A stretch of 64,000 nucleotides of DNA from a virus (lineage: Duplodnaviria > Caudoviricetes): positions 49,039 to 113,038 of the IMG/VR virus record IMGVR_UViG_3300015608_002132, one strand, 5' to 3'. Position numbers and translations under genes: made by a program. Position 1 is the stretch's first letter. Each line of letters opens with the position of its first letter. This document shows, in pieces, positions 9,773 through 19,223 of the stretch. Below the pieces are notes generated by a model. That model was not told where the DNA came from, did no database searches, and saw only the letters and a program-made list of their open reading frames with translations.

Positions 9773-10281
9773 TGTACGTCGCCTTTCTTATCGGTGCCCT
9801 GTACGGCCCCCATCTTGACAAGTTGTTCGTAGATCTTTGCGCGTTCTTCTTGCGTTTTAAGGGCATCTGCCGCCATCTTGTTGGCATTTTCTACAACACG
9901 ATTCAGCATGTCCGTACCGTCCTTGCGCGCCTTGTCAATTGGTTTCAGCCCAAGCCCTTCACGGATCTTGTCAACCGCGACCTTCATGTCGAGCTCTGGG
10001 AATTGTTCGGCAAGTACCTCCTCGATGTACTTGAAGTCGACGTACATGTGAGGATGTGGACCATCCATTATCTCCTCTGGTCTACCACGGTCCCCGACCT
10101 CGTATTCCCCAGTCGACTTGTATTCCATCAAGAACAGACCAACTGGCATATCCTTGTCCTTTGGAATGTTGACGTATGGAATCGGAGACACACGTTCACC
10201 CGGATAGTTTGGTGACTCGTAAAGGATTTCAGGAATTGACGATAGCTTCCTGTTTGCTTTCACTTTTGCGTTGACTGTCAT
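9769..10281 (-). CDS. hypothetical protein
   Basis: Co-oriented ORF overlapping the next gene by 4 nt. Confidence 0.65.
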   Translation of the reverse strand: MTVNAKVKANRKLSSIPEILYESPNYPGERVSPIPYVNIPKDKDMPVGLFLMEYKSTGEYEVGDRGRPEEIMDGPHPHMYVDFKYIEEVLAEQFPELDMKVAVDKIREGLGLKPIDKARKDGTDMLNRVVENANKMAADALKTQEERAKIYEQLVKMGAVQGTDKKGDVQ

Positions 10282-10311
10282 GTTGTATCCTGCGTATCCT
10301 TCTTATCTTGT

Positions 10312-10527
10312 TTAGTCGTTGCCCAGGTTGATCACTGTGGATTTAATGCTTGTTGGAATACCGCGCACTGGGATAAACCATCGTCGTTCTACCACGTGCG
10401 GTGGCAAGGCTTGCTTGTCTGTTTCGGTAATACCAAGAGCCTGTCGCACGCTAGCGATATACTCGCCTACATCTTGCGTTGGGATGCCATCAACGTTGAC
10501 ATAAAACGTTGTTTGCAAGAGCCTCAC
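10312..10527 (-). CDS. hypothetical protein
   Basis: Start overlaps the stop of the upstream gene. Confidence 0.55.
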   Translation of the reverse strand: MRLLQTTFYVNVDGIPTQDVGEYIASVRQALGITETDKQALPPHVVERRWFIPVRGIPTSIKSTVINLGND

Positions 10528-10823
10528 ATGTCCTCGCTTACGTCACCTTCAAGGACGCGAAGAAACAGGTCGAAGTAGTGCTTGTGCTGGACTTTCTTTT
10601 TGAGATCGACCAGTTTAAGCGCCAGCTTCAGGGTCTTGGTGTCGAGCTTTTTTGAGTATTCGTCGACCAGCTCCTTCTTTTGCTCACGAAGCTCGGCCTC
10701 TTCGTTTTCGAGCTGCCTCATCCTGTCAACAAACTCAACCACGATTGGTTTAAGGTCGTTGATGTTCTCCGGCATTGCGTCGGCATCGTCGAGTTCCGCT
10801 TGCTTCTTGTTGTACCTTGCCAT
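10524..10823 (-). CDS. GapR/DUF2312 or T4 DsbA-like dsDNA-binding protein
   Basis: LKPIVVEFVDRMRQLENEEAELREQKKELVDEY..KLDTKTLKLAL resembles the helical GapR/DsbA pattern. Confidence 0.6.
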   Translation of the reverse strand: MARYNKKQAELDDADAMPENINDLKPIVVEFVDRMRQLENEEAELREQKKELVDEYSKKLDTKTLKLALKLVDLKKKVQHKHYFDLFLRVLEGDVSEDM

Positions 10824-10967
10824 GATGTGCTCCGTGTTGCTTTGTGCTGTTCCTCTCTTCGTAGTTGATCGAAGTGAGAAAACACAGCTAGCAGCATGGT
10901 CTGTGGGGCAACGGTATATTGTATAGCATCACACAGCCGAACGGCTGGTCGTGATTGTCGTTAAAGT

Positions 10968-12122
10968 CTACTGTAGCTTGGCAGCCGACGCTGTTGCCAC
11001 AGATGAAATCTTGGCTTGTGCGGTCTTGCTTGCCGAACTGGTCGCGAGCTTTTTGGTACGCATGATCTGGTTCATGCTCGCCGATGCCATCTTACCAGCG
11101 TTCGTCCTGTAAGCCGCCAACTCTTGTTGTGTAACTGGCAGTTTTCCAGTCTTAACACCGCTGGCAATGTCATTGTTGATGCGTGTAAAGATCGACGCCG
11201 CCGCTGGTAGTGACCTCTCCATAAAAGACTTTTCACCAGCAAGGCCGTCGTCGGATGAAGCGGCGCCAACCATGATCTCACGAGCAGCAGAGGCGAAGTC
11301 GTTGCCATACTTTTGCTGCAACCTGTCGATCAGTTCCTTGTCGAGCTTCGGAACGCCGCCGCCAAGGCCCTCCATAATCGATTTTGGGGCGGTGCTGCGA
11401 TAGATGGCAGAAAACCCAGGAACACCACCAACACGCCTTAGATAATCCTTATGGCGAACATAGTCACCAAGAGTGCCTGGGTCTCTTATGTCTGGTTCTT
11501 CAATCAGCCGGTTGATGACGTGTCCAACGACGCCGCCAGATATAACGTTGGCAATAGACAAGGCTGCATCAATTCCACGCCCGGCCGCAATTGAGTTTGT
11601 TAGCACACTATAAGGAGCCAAGAAGAACCCAAACCCCATCAGGTCTGGCTTGATCGCGTTCCACCCGGAATCAAACCCTGACAGCTCGGCTTCAAACTGT
11701 TGGTTGATAGCCTTCATCGCCGTCTGTTCCCAGTGCAACATCTTCTTGCCGATGTACTCGACGGCAACCGGGTTGTTAAACGGCAGCATGGCTGCGAACG
11801 TGCCACCAATCAGTGTGCCAACGGTGGATACCAGCTGGGTACCGAGCTTCGCTGCGCCGCGCTTTAAGATGTTCCAGATGTCCCGCATTGCGGTAAATCC
11901 CATTGCACCGAACAGGCCCTTGCGATCCCACATGCTGCCAGTCGGTCCAGTGTTATAGCCACCACCGCCTGACCCATAGTTCGGATCAACGCCGTAGCCA
12001 TCCTCATATCCAGGATCGCCACCAAACTGTTCAACCAACGCCATGTCAATCTCTTCCGAGATCAGTGCTTTGAGCACGTTGGCGCGGGCCTCTCTTAGCT
12101 TTTCGGCGTTACTTCTTGTCAT
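10968..12122 (-). CDS. hypothetical protein (possible virion internal protein)
   Basis: 384 aa with a KALISEE leader, a Gly-rich segment and hydrophobic stretches. Confidence 0.65.
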   Translation of the reverse strand: MTRSNAEKLREARANVLKALISEEIDMALVEQFGGDPGYEDGYGVDPNYGSGGGGYNTGPTGSMWDRKGLFGAMGFTAMRDIWNILKRGAAKLGTQLVSTVGTLIGGTFAAMLPFNNPVAVEYIGKKMLHWEQTAMKAINQQFEAELSGFDSGWNAIKPDLMGFGFFLAPYSVLTNSIAAGRGIDAALSIANVISGGVVGHVINRLIEEPDIRDPGTLGDYVRHKDYLRRVGGVPGFSAIYRSTAPKSIMEGLGGGVPKLDKELIDRLQQKYGNDFASAAREIMVGAASSDDGLAGEKSFMERSLPAAASIFTRINNDIASGVKTGKLPVTQQELAAYRTNAGKMASASMNQIMRTKKLATSSASKTAQAKISSVATASAAKLQ

Positions 12123-12475
12123 TTGGCAGCCATTGTCTTCTTTTGTGCTTCAAGCTCTTGCTGTACGCGCTGTTTACCGCCGTTGAGCCCCCAGCCACGT
12201 GGTCTGTGAACCCACTCCGGGTTGTGCAGTTTCTTCGGGTCAACGGTCAGCCGTACTCCAGTTATTGAGTACCAATAGTTCATCACCTCATTGTCAAACG
12301 CGTTGATTATGATTTTTAGTGTATGACTGTGTCGTCTGCCAAGGCCAACGTTGTTTTTGCCAACTGGTAGTGTACGAAGGATCTCCATCTTGACACGAAG
12401 CCAATCATTGGTGGCTGTACCAACATATTCAGCAACATAGTCTATGCGTTCCTTCATAAAATCAGGGATCGCCAT
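12119..12475 (-). CDS. hypothetical protein
   Basis: ORF preceded by a minus-strand TACTTA at 12482-12487. Confidence 0.6.
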   Translation of the reverse strand: MAIPDFMKERIDYVAEYVGTATNDWLRVKMEILRTLPVGKNNVGLGRRHSHTLKIIINAFDNEVMNYWYSITGVRLTVDPKKLHNPEWVHRPRGWGLNGGKQRVQQELEAQKKTMAAK

Positions 12476-12513
12476 GATTGCTAAGTATCCAAGAGAGAAG
12501 CGCTGACAGATAT

Positions 12514-15114
12514 ATGGCTGACCTACCGGACAATCGTGAACGTACGTTTTATCAGAGACTCAATCGACTGTTCAGGTCTGGCCCGGCAATTAGGCGAAAG
12601 ATCAAAGGGCAAGACTACAAGAACTTCTATGACAATCAGGTAGTCCAGAACAACCTTGGTTATTATGGGGCCTCCGCGTTCAAGCGCGAAGCGTCGCCAT
12701 TCTCCACGATGGGCGCGTATGGAATGCTCGATAGAATGAGCAGGTACGCAGAGTTTTCCGAGATGGACTCAAGCTGTGCTGAAGTCGCCTCAGCACTGAA
12801 CGTCTACGCTGACGAGAGCTGTGCGTCGGACGAGAACGGCAAAGTGTTTCATGTCTTCTCAGAGAACCCACAGGTCCAGAAGGCGCTTGAAGAACTGTTT
12901 TTTGATGTTCTGGACATCGAGTTCAATGGCAGGAGGATGATCCGGAACCTTGTCAAGAATGGTGATTATTTCTGTTACGTTGAGGTTGTTCCTGATTATG
13001 GAGTGATCAACGTTGAGCCTCTACCCGTCAATGAAGTTGAACGCGAGGAAGGGTTCGATAAACACGACCCTTACGCTGTGAGGTTCAGGCTCATGAGTCG
13101 CGGCGGCAAGTACCTTGAGAACTGGCAAATGATGCACATGCGGATCTTGGGCAACGACATGTTCCTACCGTATGGAATGTCGTTCCTTGAGTCTGCCAGG
13201 AGACCATGGAGACAACTATGTCATCTTTCTGGTACACGTGTGTTAATGGCAGATGGCAGCCATAAAAATATCGAAGATGTCGTAGCTGGAGATACCGTGT
13301 GGACCCACATACCGGATCTGGCTCATTCTATTACAACGACAGTAAAACGTGTGTTGCCAATGGGAGTTCAGCCGATCGTCGAGGTAAGAGCTGGCAGTCG
13401 CTCGATCAAGGTAACACCAAATCACGGCCTGCTTGTCAAGACACCGGAAGGCAAGTTCATATACAAACAGGCAAGCAAGATTGTTGTCGGTTCTGATTGT
13501 CTGGTAGCACCGATCATTGATATACCACGACCTTTTATCATGATTGATTGTATGCGCAACTGCGCCGAATACCCGGTGGTTGATTCTATCACAGAATCAG
13601 ATCGCGGTCAGACGTGGGATCTTGAGGTCGAACACACCGAACACAACTTTGTTGCGAATGGCATTGTGACACACAACACAATGCTCGAAGACTCCATGCT
13701 CGTTTATCGTCTTGTAAGGTCGCCGGAGCGTCGTGTGTTCTATGTTGACGTTTCAGCCGTGCACCCAAACGATATTCCATCTTATATGGAAGCCGTCAAG
13801 GAGTCGATGAGAGGCACATCGATTATCGAGCAACAAACAGGGCGGCAAGACTACCGGTATAACCCCATGGCCGTTCTCGATGACTACTTCATCCCGTCCA
13901 GGCCCAACGGTCAAACAAAGATCGAGTCACTGGCCGGTGGTCAAAACATAACAGCCACAGAAGATGTTGAGTATATTCTCCGGAAGTTGATTGCCGCCTT
14001 GATGGTACCCAAGGCTTACCTGACATACGACGAGGCCATCAGCTCAAAGTCTACGCTAGCCCAGGAAGACATCAGGTTCTCAAGAACAATTGCCACCGTG
14101 CAGAAGATTGTCGTGGCAGAGCTTAACAAGCTGGCCATGATTCACCTGTTTGCTTTGGGATTCTCAGGAGAAGACCTGATCAACTTCAACTTGTCGTTCT
14201 CAAACCCCTCGACCGTAGCGGTGCAGCAAAAACTGGCGCTGATCTCATCCAAGATTGAAATAGCTGGTAAGGCATGGGATCTGGGCAAGGAGACAGGAAT
14301 GGTTTCTATGCCTTACATCCAAAAGGAGATTCTTGGGTTCAGGCCAGAACAGATTGCTCAGATAAGAAGCGAAGCTCGACAAGACCAGATTGACATTGCA
14401 GAGCTGGCAGCCTTGGCCGAGAACCCGCCGTACGACAATTCACAAGACTCGGCCGTGGACATATTCGACAAGTCAAACTACCAAGTACCGACGTCTCCGT
14501 ATGCGCCTGATCCAAAGGGACTAGCCGACGTTGAAAGACAGAACCAGGACTCTGAACGTTCCATCATGGCCGCAAGAGCCAAAGAACGCGCTGAGCGCGA
14601 AGGTAGAACGAGCAAGTCACCGGCAACTTTGGGTGGTAGAACGACTCCTATCAAGTTCAACGCAACGCCATCACGTAATCGGTCCAAAGAGTTTACTGGG
14701 GCACGCGCTTTGGCTATGCCAGACTTCAAGGCAATGCTTGATCCTGCCAACAAGTACAACCGTGACGTGTTTGGTGGTGTCGGCGGCAAGATCCTTGAAG
14801 AGAAGGACATTGCAGCTGGGCTTGGTGTTGCTGTGAGTGATGGTGTTAGCAACGGTGTTATTCCGTATGGAATAAACAGGTCAATGCAGTCGACTTTCAA
14901 GAGAATGCACGAGTCTTTCCGCAGGCAGTCTGATGCGGCAAAAGTCACGGCACTGACCAGCGAGAAACAAAGGATGGTCCTTGAGCAGTTCGACGTGACC
15001 GAAGAAGAAGGTGCCGACAGCGTTGCCGGTGTTGATGTCGACTTGTCGAACGATGATGACTCATCGATCGTGTCTGTTGACTTGATCGCCGAATCTATCC
15101 TGGGCGATGACTGA
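12514..15114 (+). CDS. portal protein (T4 gp20-like) containing a mini-intein
   Basis: QL/TMLEDSMLVYRLVRSPERRVFYVDV, DDYFIP, IESLAGG, ALMVP and LAQEDIRF match gp20 motifs. ATG 12514 is preferred over TTG 12478. Confidence 0.93.
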   Translation: MADLPDNRERTFYQRLNRLFRSGPAIRRKIKGQDYKNFYDNQVVQNNLGYYGASAFKREASPFSTMGAYGMLDRMSRYAEFSEMDSSCAEVASALNVYADESCASDENGKVFHVFSENPQVQKALEELFFDVLDIEFNGRRMIRNLVKNGDYFCYVEVVPDYGVINVEPLPVNEVEREEGFDKHDPYAVRFRLMSRGGKYLENWQMMHMRILGNDMFLPYGMSFLESARRPWRQLCHLSGTRVLMADGSHKNIEDVVAGDTVWTHIPDLAHSITTTVKRVLPMGVQPIVEVRAGSRSIKVTPNHGLLVKTPEGKFIYKQASKIVVGSDCLVAPIIDIPRPFIMIDCMRNCAEYPVVDSITESDRGQTWDLEVEHTEHNFVANGIVTHNTMLEDSMLVYRLVRSPERRVFYVDVSAVHPNDIPSYMEAVKESMRGTSIIEQQTGRQDYRYNPMAVLDDYFIPSRPNGQTKIESLAGGQNITATEDVEYILRKLIAALMVPKAYLTYDEAISSKSTLAQEDIRFSRTIATVQKIVVAELNKLAMIHLFALGFSGEDLINFNLSFSNPSTVAVQQKLALISSKIEIAGKAWDLGKETGMVSMPYIQKEILGFRPEQIAQIRSEARQDQIDIAELAALAENPPYDNSQDSAVDIFDKSNYQVPTSPYAPDPKGLADVERQNQDSERSIMAARAKERAEREGRTSKSPATLGGRTTPIKFNATPSRNRSKEFTGARALAMPDFKAMLDPANKYNRDVFGGVGGKILEEKDIAAGLGVAVSDGVSNGVIPYGINRSMQSTFKRMHESFRRQSDAAKVTALTSEKQRMVLEQFDVTEEEGADSVAGVDVDLSNDDDSSIVSVDLIAESILGDD
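13219..13677 (+). mobile_element. mini-intein (153 aa) in the portal
   Basis: Block A CHLSGTRVLMADG, block B TPNH, block F TWDLEVE..HNFVANG, terminal HN followed by Thr+1. No endonuclease domain. Confidence 0.93.
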
Positions 15115-15197
15115 TACTTAAAAATCAGGCCGTGCGCAGGCAGATATCTTGAATATAGCTGTGATGCGGGTAGCAAAGTCAAAGTCAGTCAAACACC

Positions 15198-16181
15198 ATG
15201 CACCAGTACACGACTACAGTTCCGAAGCAACACCAGCTCAAACACAACAAGAAGAGGAACGTTGGGCTCTTATATGAGTTCTTTGCCAGATATATCGGCA
15301 AAGCCATATTGGACAGCAACGACTCTGATATCGTTAAAAGCAAGGCGTTGCTTCGCAAGCACTTCAACAAGAGCACTGACATCTACAAGGAATTGAGGTT
15401 GTTCAAGGCCCTGTCGGAAGCTCGTGTGTCAAGTCGCGACCAAGCCGTTCACTTGATTAATCGTGTCCGTGAGGCCGTTAAGACGCAAAGCCAAGCGCGT
15501 CTTGACATGGAAAAGACATCACTAATCAGAGAAGTGTCCGAGACGCTGAATGCCGAGCGGTTCTTCTCGGAAAACATCCAGGACTACAAGAGACTGGCCA
15601 CAATCCAGTGCCTGCTCAACACGTGGAGAGATGAGGCTTTAAAGGAGTCCGTCGCGGAAACGGTGTTTCTTGAAGAGAGACTGATTGAGTCGATGATGGT
15701 TGGCTCTGGTGCAAATATCGACGGCAAGCACTCAACGGCTCTGATGTCCTCTGACACGGCCATGTCAATGACCACAGAAGACGTAGACAGATTGGTGGTC
15801 AACATCATGACTGAGAAAGTGAACGAGCGCTATGCCGACCTATCTCGTGAACAAAAAGACCTGATACGCCTGTACGTGTTCAGTCAAAACAACGATAACA
15901 CAACCGGTAACTCCGAGCTGTCCAACAAGCTCCAAGAGATCAGGGACAGAGTCAACACGAACATCAAGAGACGGTCTTATGAGTTCAGCGAAGACAAGGC
16001 GCTGACAGGCAAACTGGACGAGGTCAAATCACTTATCTCATCGCCAGACGCAGAGTATTACGACACCTCTTCTGTTAACGACGAGAAGATTGGTTTCTAT
16101 CTTGGTCTGCTCAAGCTCAACGAGGAGATAACAGCACCGTCGCACAATGCTCATCAACGGAACAGCAACAGCAGGCAGTGA
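15198..16181 (+). CDS. head-cluster hypothetical protein
   Basis: Helical protein with a KHNKKRNVGLLYE N-terminus, located between the portal and the protease. Confidence 0.75.
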   Translation: MHQYTTTVPKQHQLKHNKKRNVGLLYEFFARYIGKAILDSNDSDIVKSKALLRKHFNKSTDIYKELRLFKALSEARVSSRDQAVHLINRVREAVKTQSQARLDMEKTSLIREVSETLNAERFFSENIQDYKRLATIQCLLNTWRDEALKESVAETVFLEERLIESMMVGSGANIDGKHSTALMSSDTAMSMTTEDVDRLVVNIMTEKVNERYADLSREQKDLIRLYVFSQNNDNTTGNSELSNKLQEIRDRVNTNIKRRSYEFSEDKALTGKLDEVKSLISSPDAEYYDTSSVNDEKIGFYLGLLKLNEEITAPSHNAHQRNSNSRQ

Positions 16182-16197
16182 GGCTAGCACAAACATT

Positions 16198-16842
16198 ATG
16201 TCAGACGATAACACCAACAACAAGAAGCTGCTCCTGCTTAAAGAGTTTGCCACGTTCGAGTACGACGAGGACGACGTAAAGAAGTTGGAGCCAGACAAGC
16301 CAATGATCCTCAAAGGGATCTTGCAGCGCGCCGACGCTCTCAATCAGAACGGCAGGGTATACCCAAAGCACATCCTTGAGAGAGAAGTTCGGAACTACGA
16401 GAAGTTGATCAGGGAACGCCGTGCGTTCGGAGAGCTTGACCATGCCAACGAGGCCATTGTAAACATGAAGAACGTGTGCCACATGGTCGAAGAGATATGG
16501 ATGGATGGCGACACGGTATACGGCAAAGTTCAGATTCTTGATACGCCATGTGGCAACATCATCAAAGCGATCATCAAGGCCGGTGGCAAGCCTGGGATTT
16601 CGTCACGGGCACTCGGGTCGCTCCGTGAGGAAAGGGGCGTAAAAGTAGTGCAAGACGACCTACAGATTGTCTGTTGGGATTTTGTCTCTGAGCCCTCAAC
16701 AAGCCTGGCTTTTATGCAATTAGAATCTAAACAGGTTAACGCAAGCCAGATCCGGTCGACAATGTCGAAAAGTGACCTTGTAGACAGGGCTACGAACGAT
16801 TTGCTTTGGCTCGTGAGACAAGCGCGAACCAGAGCTGCATAG
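16198..16842 (+). CDS. prohead protease (T4 gp21-like)
   Basis: NQNGRVYP, GELDH, GISSRALGS and WDFVSEPS. Confidence 0.93.
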   Translation: MSDDNTNNKKLLLLKEFATFEYDEDDVKKLEPDKPMILKGILQRADALNQNGRVYPKHILEREVRNYEKLIRERRAFGELDHANEAIVNMKNVCHMVEEIWMDGDTVYGKVQILDTPCGNIIKAIIKAGGKPGISSRALGSLREERGVKVVQDDLQIVCWDFVSEPSTSLAFMQLESKQVNASQIRSTMSKSDLVDRATNDLLWLVRQARTRAA

Positions 16843-16894
16843 TTACATCTGTACCAACTACCACCCCGCTACCACCCCTGGCGCACCCTGGCAG

Positions 16895-17827
16895 TTGATG
16901 CAGAAAGAACAAACGCGGCAATTCATGCAATTCTTCTATCAAGGCTTCTCAAACACGCCAGCAATCTACGAAATTCGCAACACAGTCACCAATCGTCGGT
17001 ACGTTGGCCAAGCCAAGCAACCGAAAAACAGATGGGTGCGTGGCCACAAGCAATCGCTCTTGAACGGCAGACACTACAATCGATATTTGCAGAACGACTT
17101 TAACAAGTGTTTCATTGAAGAAGGGCATACTGATTTCCTTGAGTTTCATATCATTGAGCCACTCCCTGGCGCCACAAGAGCATTGATGAATGAGAGGGAG
17201 TGTTACTGGATCAAGGAGAGAGCCAAGGAATTTGCTCTTTACAATGGAGTTGGCGGTGGATCGGCGCATGAAGTCGGCAGGGAGACCAGGGCAAAGATCA
17301 GTGAAGCCAAGAAGTCGTACTACAAAACATCCGAAGGCAAAGCCTTGATTGACAAGCTGGCAAGCGCCAAGGCCGGTAAAACCTACGAGCAACTATACGG
17401 CGATGACAAGGCCGCTGAGATCCGTCAGAAGATATCAGAGAACAAGCTCGTCGAGATGAACAGACCAGAGGTAAAAGCGAACCTCTCAAAGCTGCTCAAG
17501 GGAAAGACAGACGTTGAGCGGTTTGGTGCCGAGAAGGCTGCTATTGTTGCTGCGAAGAGGAGCCTGAAGCGGAAGGGCAAGTACACCGGTAAGGACAACT
17601 CCAGGTTTGTTGTGATCGAGAACGTGCGGCTCGTGTCACCTGACGGCACCGTATATACCAAGATCGAAGGTATCAAGGAGTTTGCACTGGAGCATGGGCT
17701 CAGACCGAACCACCTTTGCGAGCTGCTTCACCACAAGAGGAAAACCCACGCAGGATGGGCGGTGTGTACGTCGGAAAACGAACAGGAACAGCAACACACA
17801 AAGGACCCGGTCGCCGTCGCCTGCTGA
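16895..17827 (+). CDS. free-standing GIY-YIG homing endonuclease (Seg-like)
   Basis: AIYEIRNTVTNRRYVGQ, HYNRYLQNDFNK, E-C-Y-W-I and YN motifs, followed by basic NUMOD-like DNA-binding repeats. Confidence 0.85.
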   Translation: MMQKEQTRQFMQFFYQGFSNTPAIYEIRNTVTNRRYVGQAKQPKNRWVRGHKQSLLNGRHYNRYLQNDFNKCFIEEGHTDFLEFHIIEPLPGATRALMNERECYWIKERAKEFALYNGVGGGSAHEVGRETRAKISEAKKSYYKTSEGKALIDKLASAKAGKTYEQLYGDDKAAEIRQKISENKLVEMNRPEVKANLSKLLKGKTDVERFGAEKAAIVAAKRSLKRKGKYTGKDNSRFVVIENVRLVSPDGTVYTKIEGIKEFALEHGLRPNHLCELLHHKRKTHAGWAVCTSENEQEQQHTKDPVAVAC

Positions 17828-17932
17828 CCGCACTGCGTTGGTATATTATTTCGTGACTGATTTCAATCGCCGGGCGGCTTACCTATAATCATCGTTGTCC
17901 TCACACAAAGTCAGTAGTTGAAGAAAGCCATC

Positions 17933-18529
17933 ATGAAAGTTACCAAGTCTGACCTGAAAAACATCATCAAGGAATGCCTGACAGAGATGATCTCTGATGG
18001 CTCTTTGAACTCCGCAATCTCTGCCGTGATCACTGAACAGGTCGCCATGCAAAACCCAGTGATTCGTTCGGCTGCCATGGCCGCTGGCGGTGGTAACCCA
18101 CAACAGACGAGCATCATGGGTCAGATCTTCGCTGATACGGCGATGAATCATGGCAACGATGAAGCTGTTGCAATGTCACGCCTCTCAAACACCATGGCAA
18201 TTCAACAGCAGATGGCGTTCCCAGCCCAGCAGCAGGTAATGATGGGCATGCCACAACAGCAAATGCTAATGCAAGAAGGCATGCCCGGCTTTGGTCTGAG
18301 TATGCCGAGAAATCAACTGCCGCCAGCGGACCCAAACGCCATGGCACAGTTCCAAGCACAACAAAACATGGCGGTTCAACACCACCAGCAGCAGAGCCCG
18401 TTTGTTAGCAACTGGGCTAGACTGGCGTTCAACTCACCAATTTCCAATCGTCCCAAGTCTGGTGCCGCTGGCGGGTCTGGTGGGTTCTTGCCGGGACAAC
18501 GTACCGGTGGCCAGTTTGGCAATCTCTGA
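17933..18529 (+). CDS. Gln/Met-rich hypothetical protein (possible virion internal protein)
   Basis: MKVTKSDLKNIIKECL leader and a low-complexity Q/M/P region. Confidence 0.7.
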   Translation: MKVTKSDLKNIIKECLTEMISDGSLNSAISAVITEQVAMQNPVIRSAAMAAGGGNPQQTSIMGQIFADTAMNHGNDEAVAMSRLSNTMAIQQQMAFPAQQQVMMGMPQQQMLMQEGMPGFGLSMPRNQLPPADPNAMAQFQAQQNMAVQHHQQQSPFVSNWARLAFNSPISNRPKSGAAGGSGGFLPGQRTGGQFGNL

Positions 18530-18597
18530 ACCCGATACACACACGTTCTTCACGACATAATGGTGGCTTCTAGTTATACCGCAGAGGTATAGCTGAT

Positions 18598-19176
18598 ATG
18601 TCTTCCACTGTCACGTACGAGATTTTTTCAAACAACGGCGAGGCGTTTGGTGACCGCGCCTACTCAAGCAACCGAGAAGGTGGCATGGGGAGGGCAAACA
18701 CTCCAAGCCTTAACCGAGCTTATAGCACATCTCCTATCTACAGCGGCCAGTACACGATCGACGCGGCTCGTCGCGTGTTTGCTGCCTATAACGGTGAGAA
18801 CGTCCAGTACGGTATGCAGATGTATCGCAGGAACTTTATCCCGTCAGGTGACAGCAGACCGGAGTACCAGGACCCGCGCAACAAACTAGCTACACCAACC
18901 GGTGCCGGTGGTCTGCCCGCAACACCATACTCTCCTAACGTCGTATCTCCAGGTGAAGGCAACGGCAACGAGGCATCCCTTATCGCCACCGTCGATACCG
19001 GTACGCGTCCAGTAGGCGCCAGGACAAACGAACAGCTTAACCCCGCCTTGCCGCTTTACGAGAACCATGGTTCGGACGGCATAGGCAGTCAGGGTACTGG
19101 GGCGGTAACCGGCACAGTCCGGACGTTCAGGCTCGGTGTTGGGTCTGCATACCCACGTGACAACAGCAATCCCTGA
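18598..19176 (+). CDS. hypothetical protein (likely structural)
   Basis: Gly/Pro/Asn-rich ORF preceded by TAGTTA at 18571. Confidence 0.7.
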   Translation: MSSTVTYEIFSNNGEAFGDRAYSSNREGGMGRANTPSLNRAYSTSPIYSGQYTIDAARRVFAAYNGENVQYGMQMYRRNFIPSGDSRPEYQDPRNKLATPTGAGGLPATPYSPNVVSPGEGNGNEASLIATVDTGTRPVGARTNEQLNPALPLYENHGSDGIGSQGTGAVTGTVRTFRLGVGSAYPRDNSNP

Positions 19177-19223
19177 TTTTGGCGTCCTATATAAATTCAA
19201 CACAAGAAGAGACGCGGAGAAAC

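Noticed and set aside
16855-16893. Short repeats CTACCACCCC x2 and CCCTGGC x2
   Set aside because: Too short and low in complexity to support a function.
16843-17900. Group I intron around the GIY-YIG genes
   Set aside because: The flanking protease and capsid genes are complete with their own stops, and I recognised no split gene or intron core.
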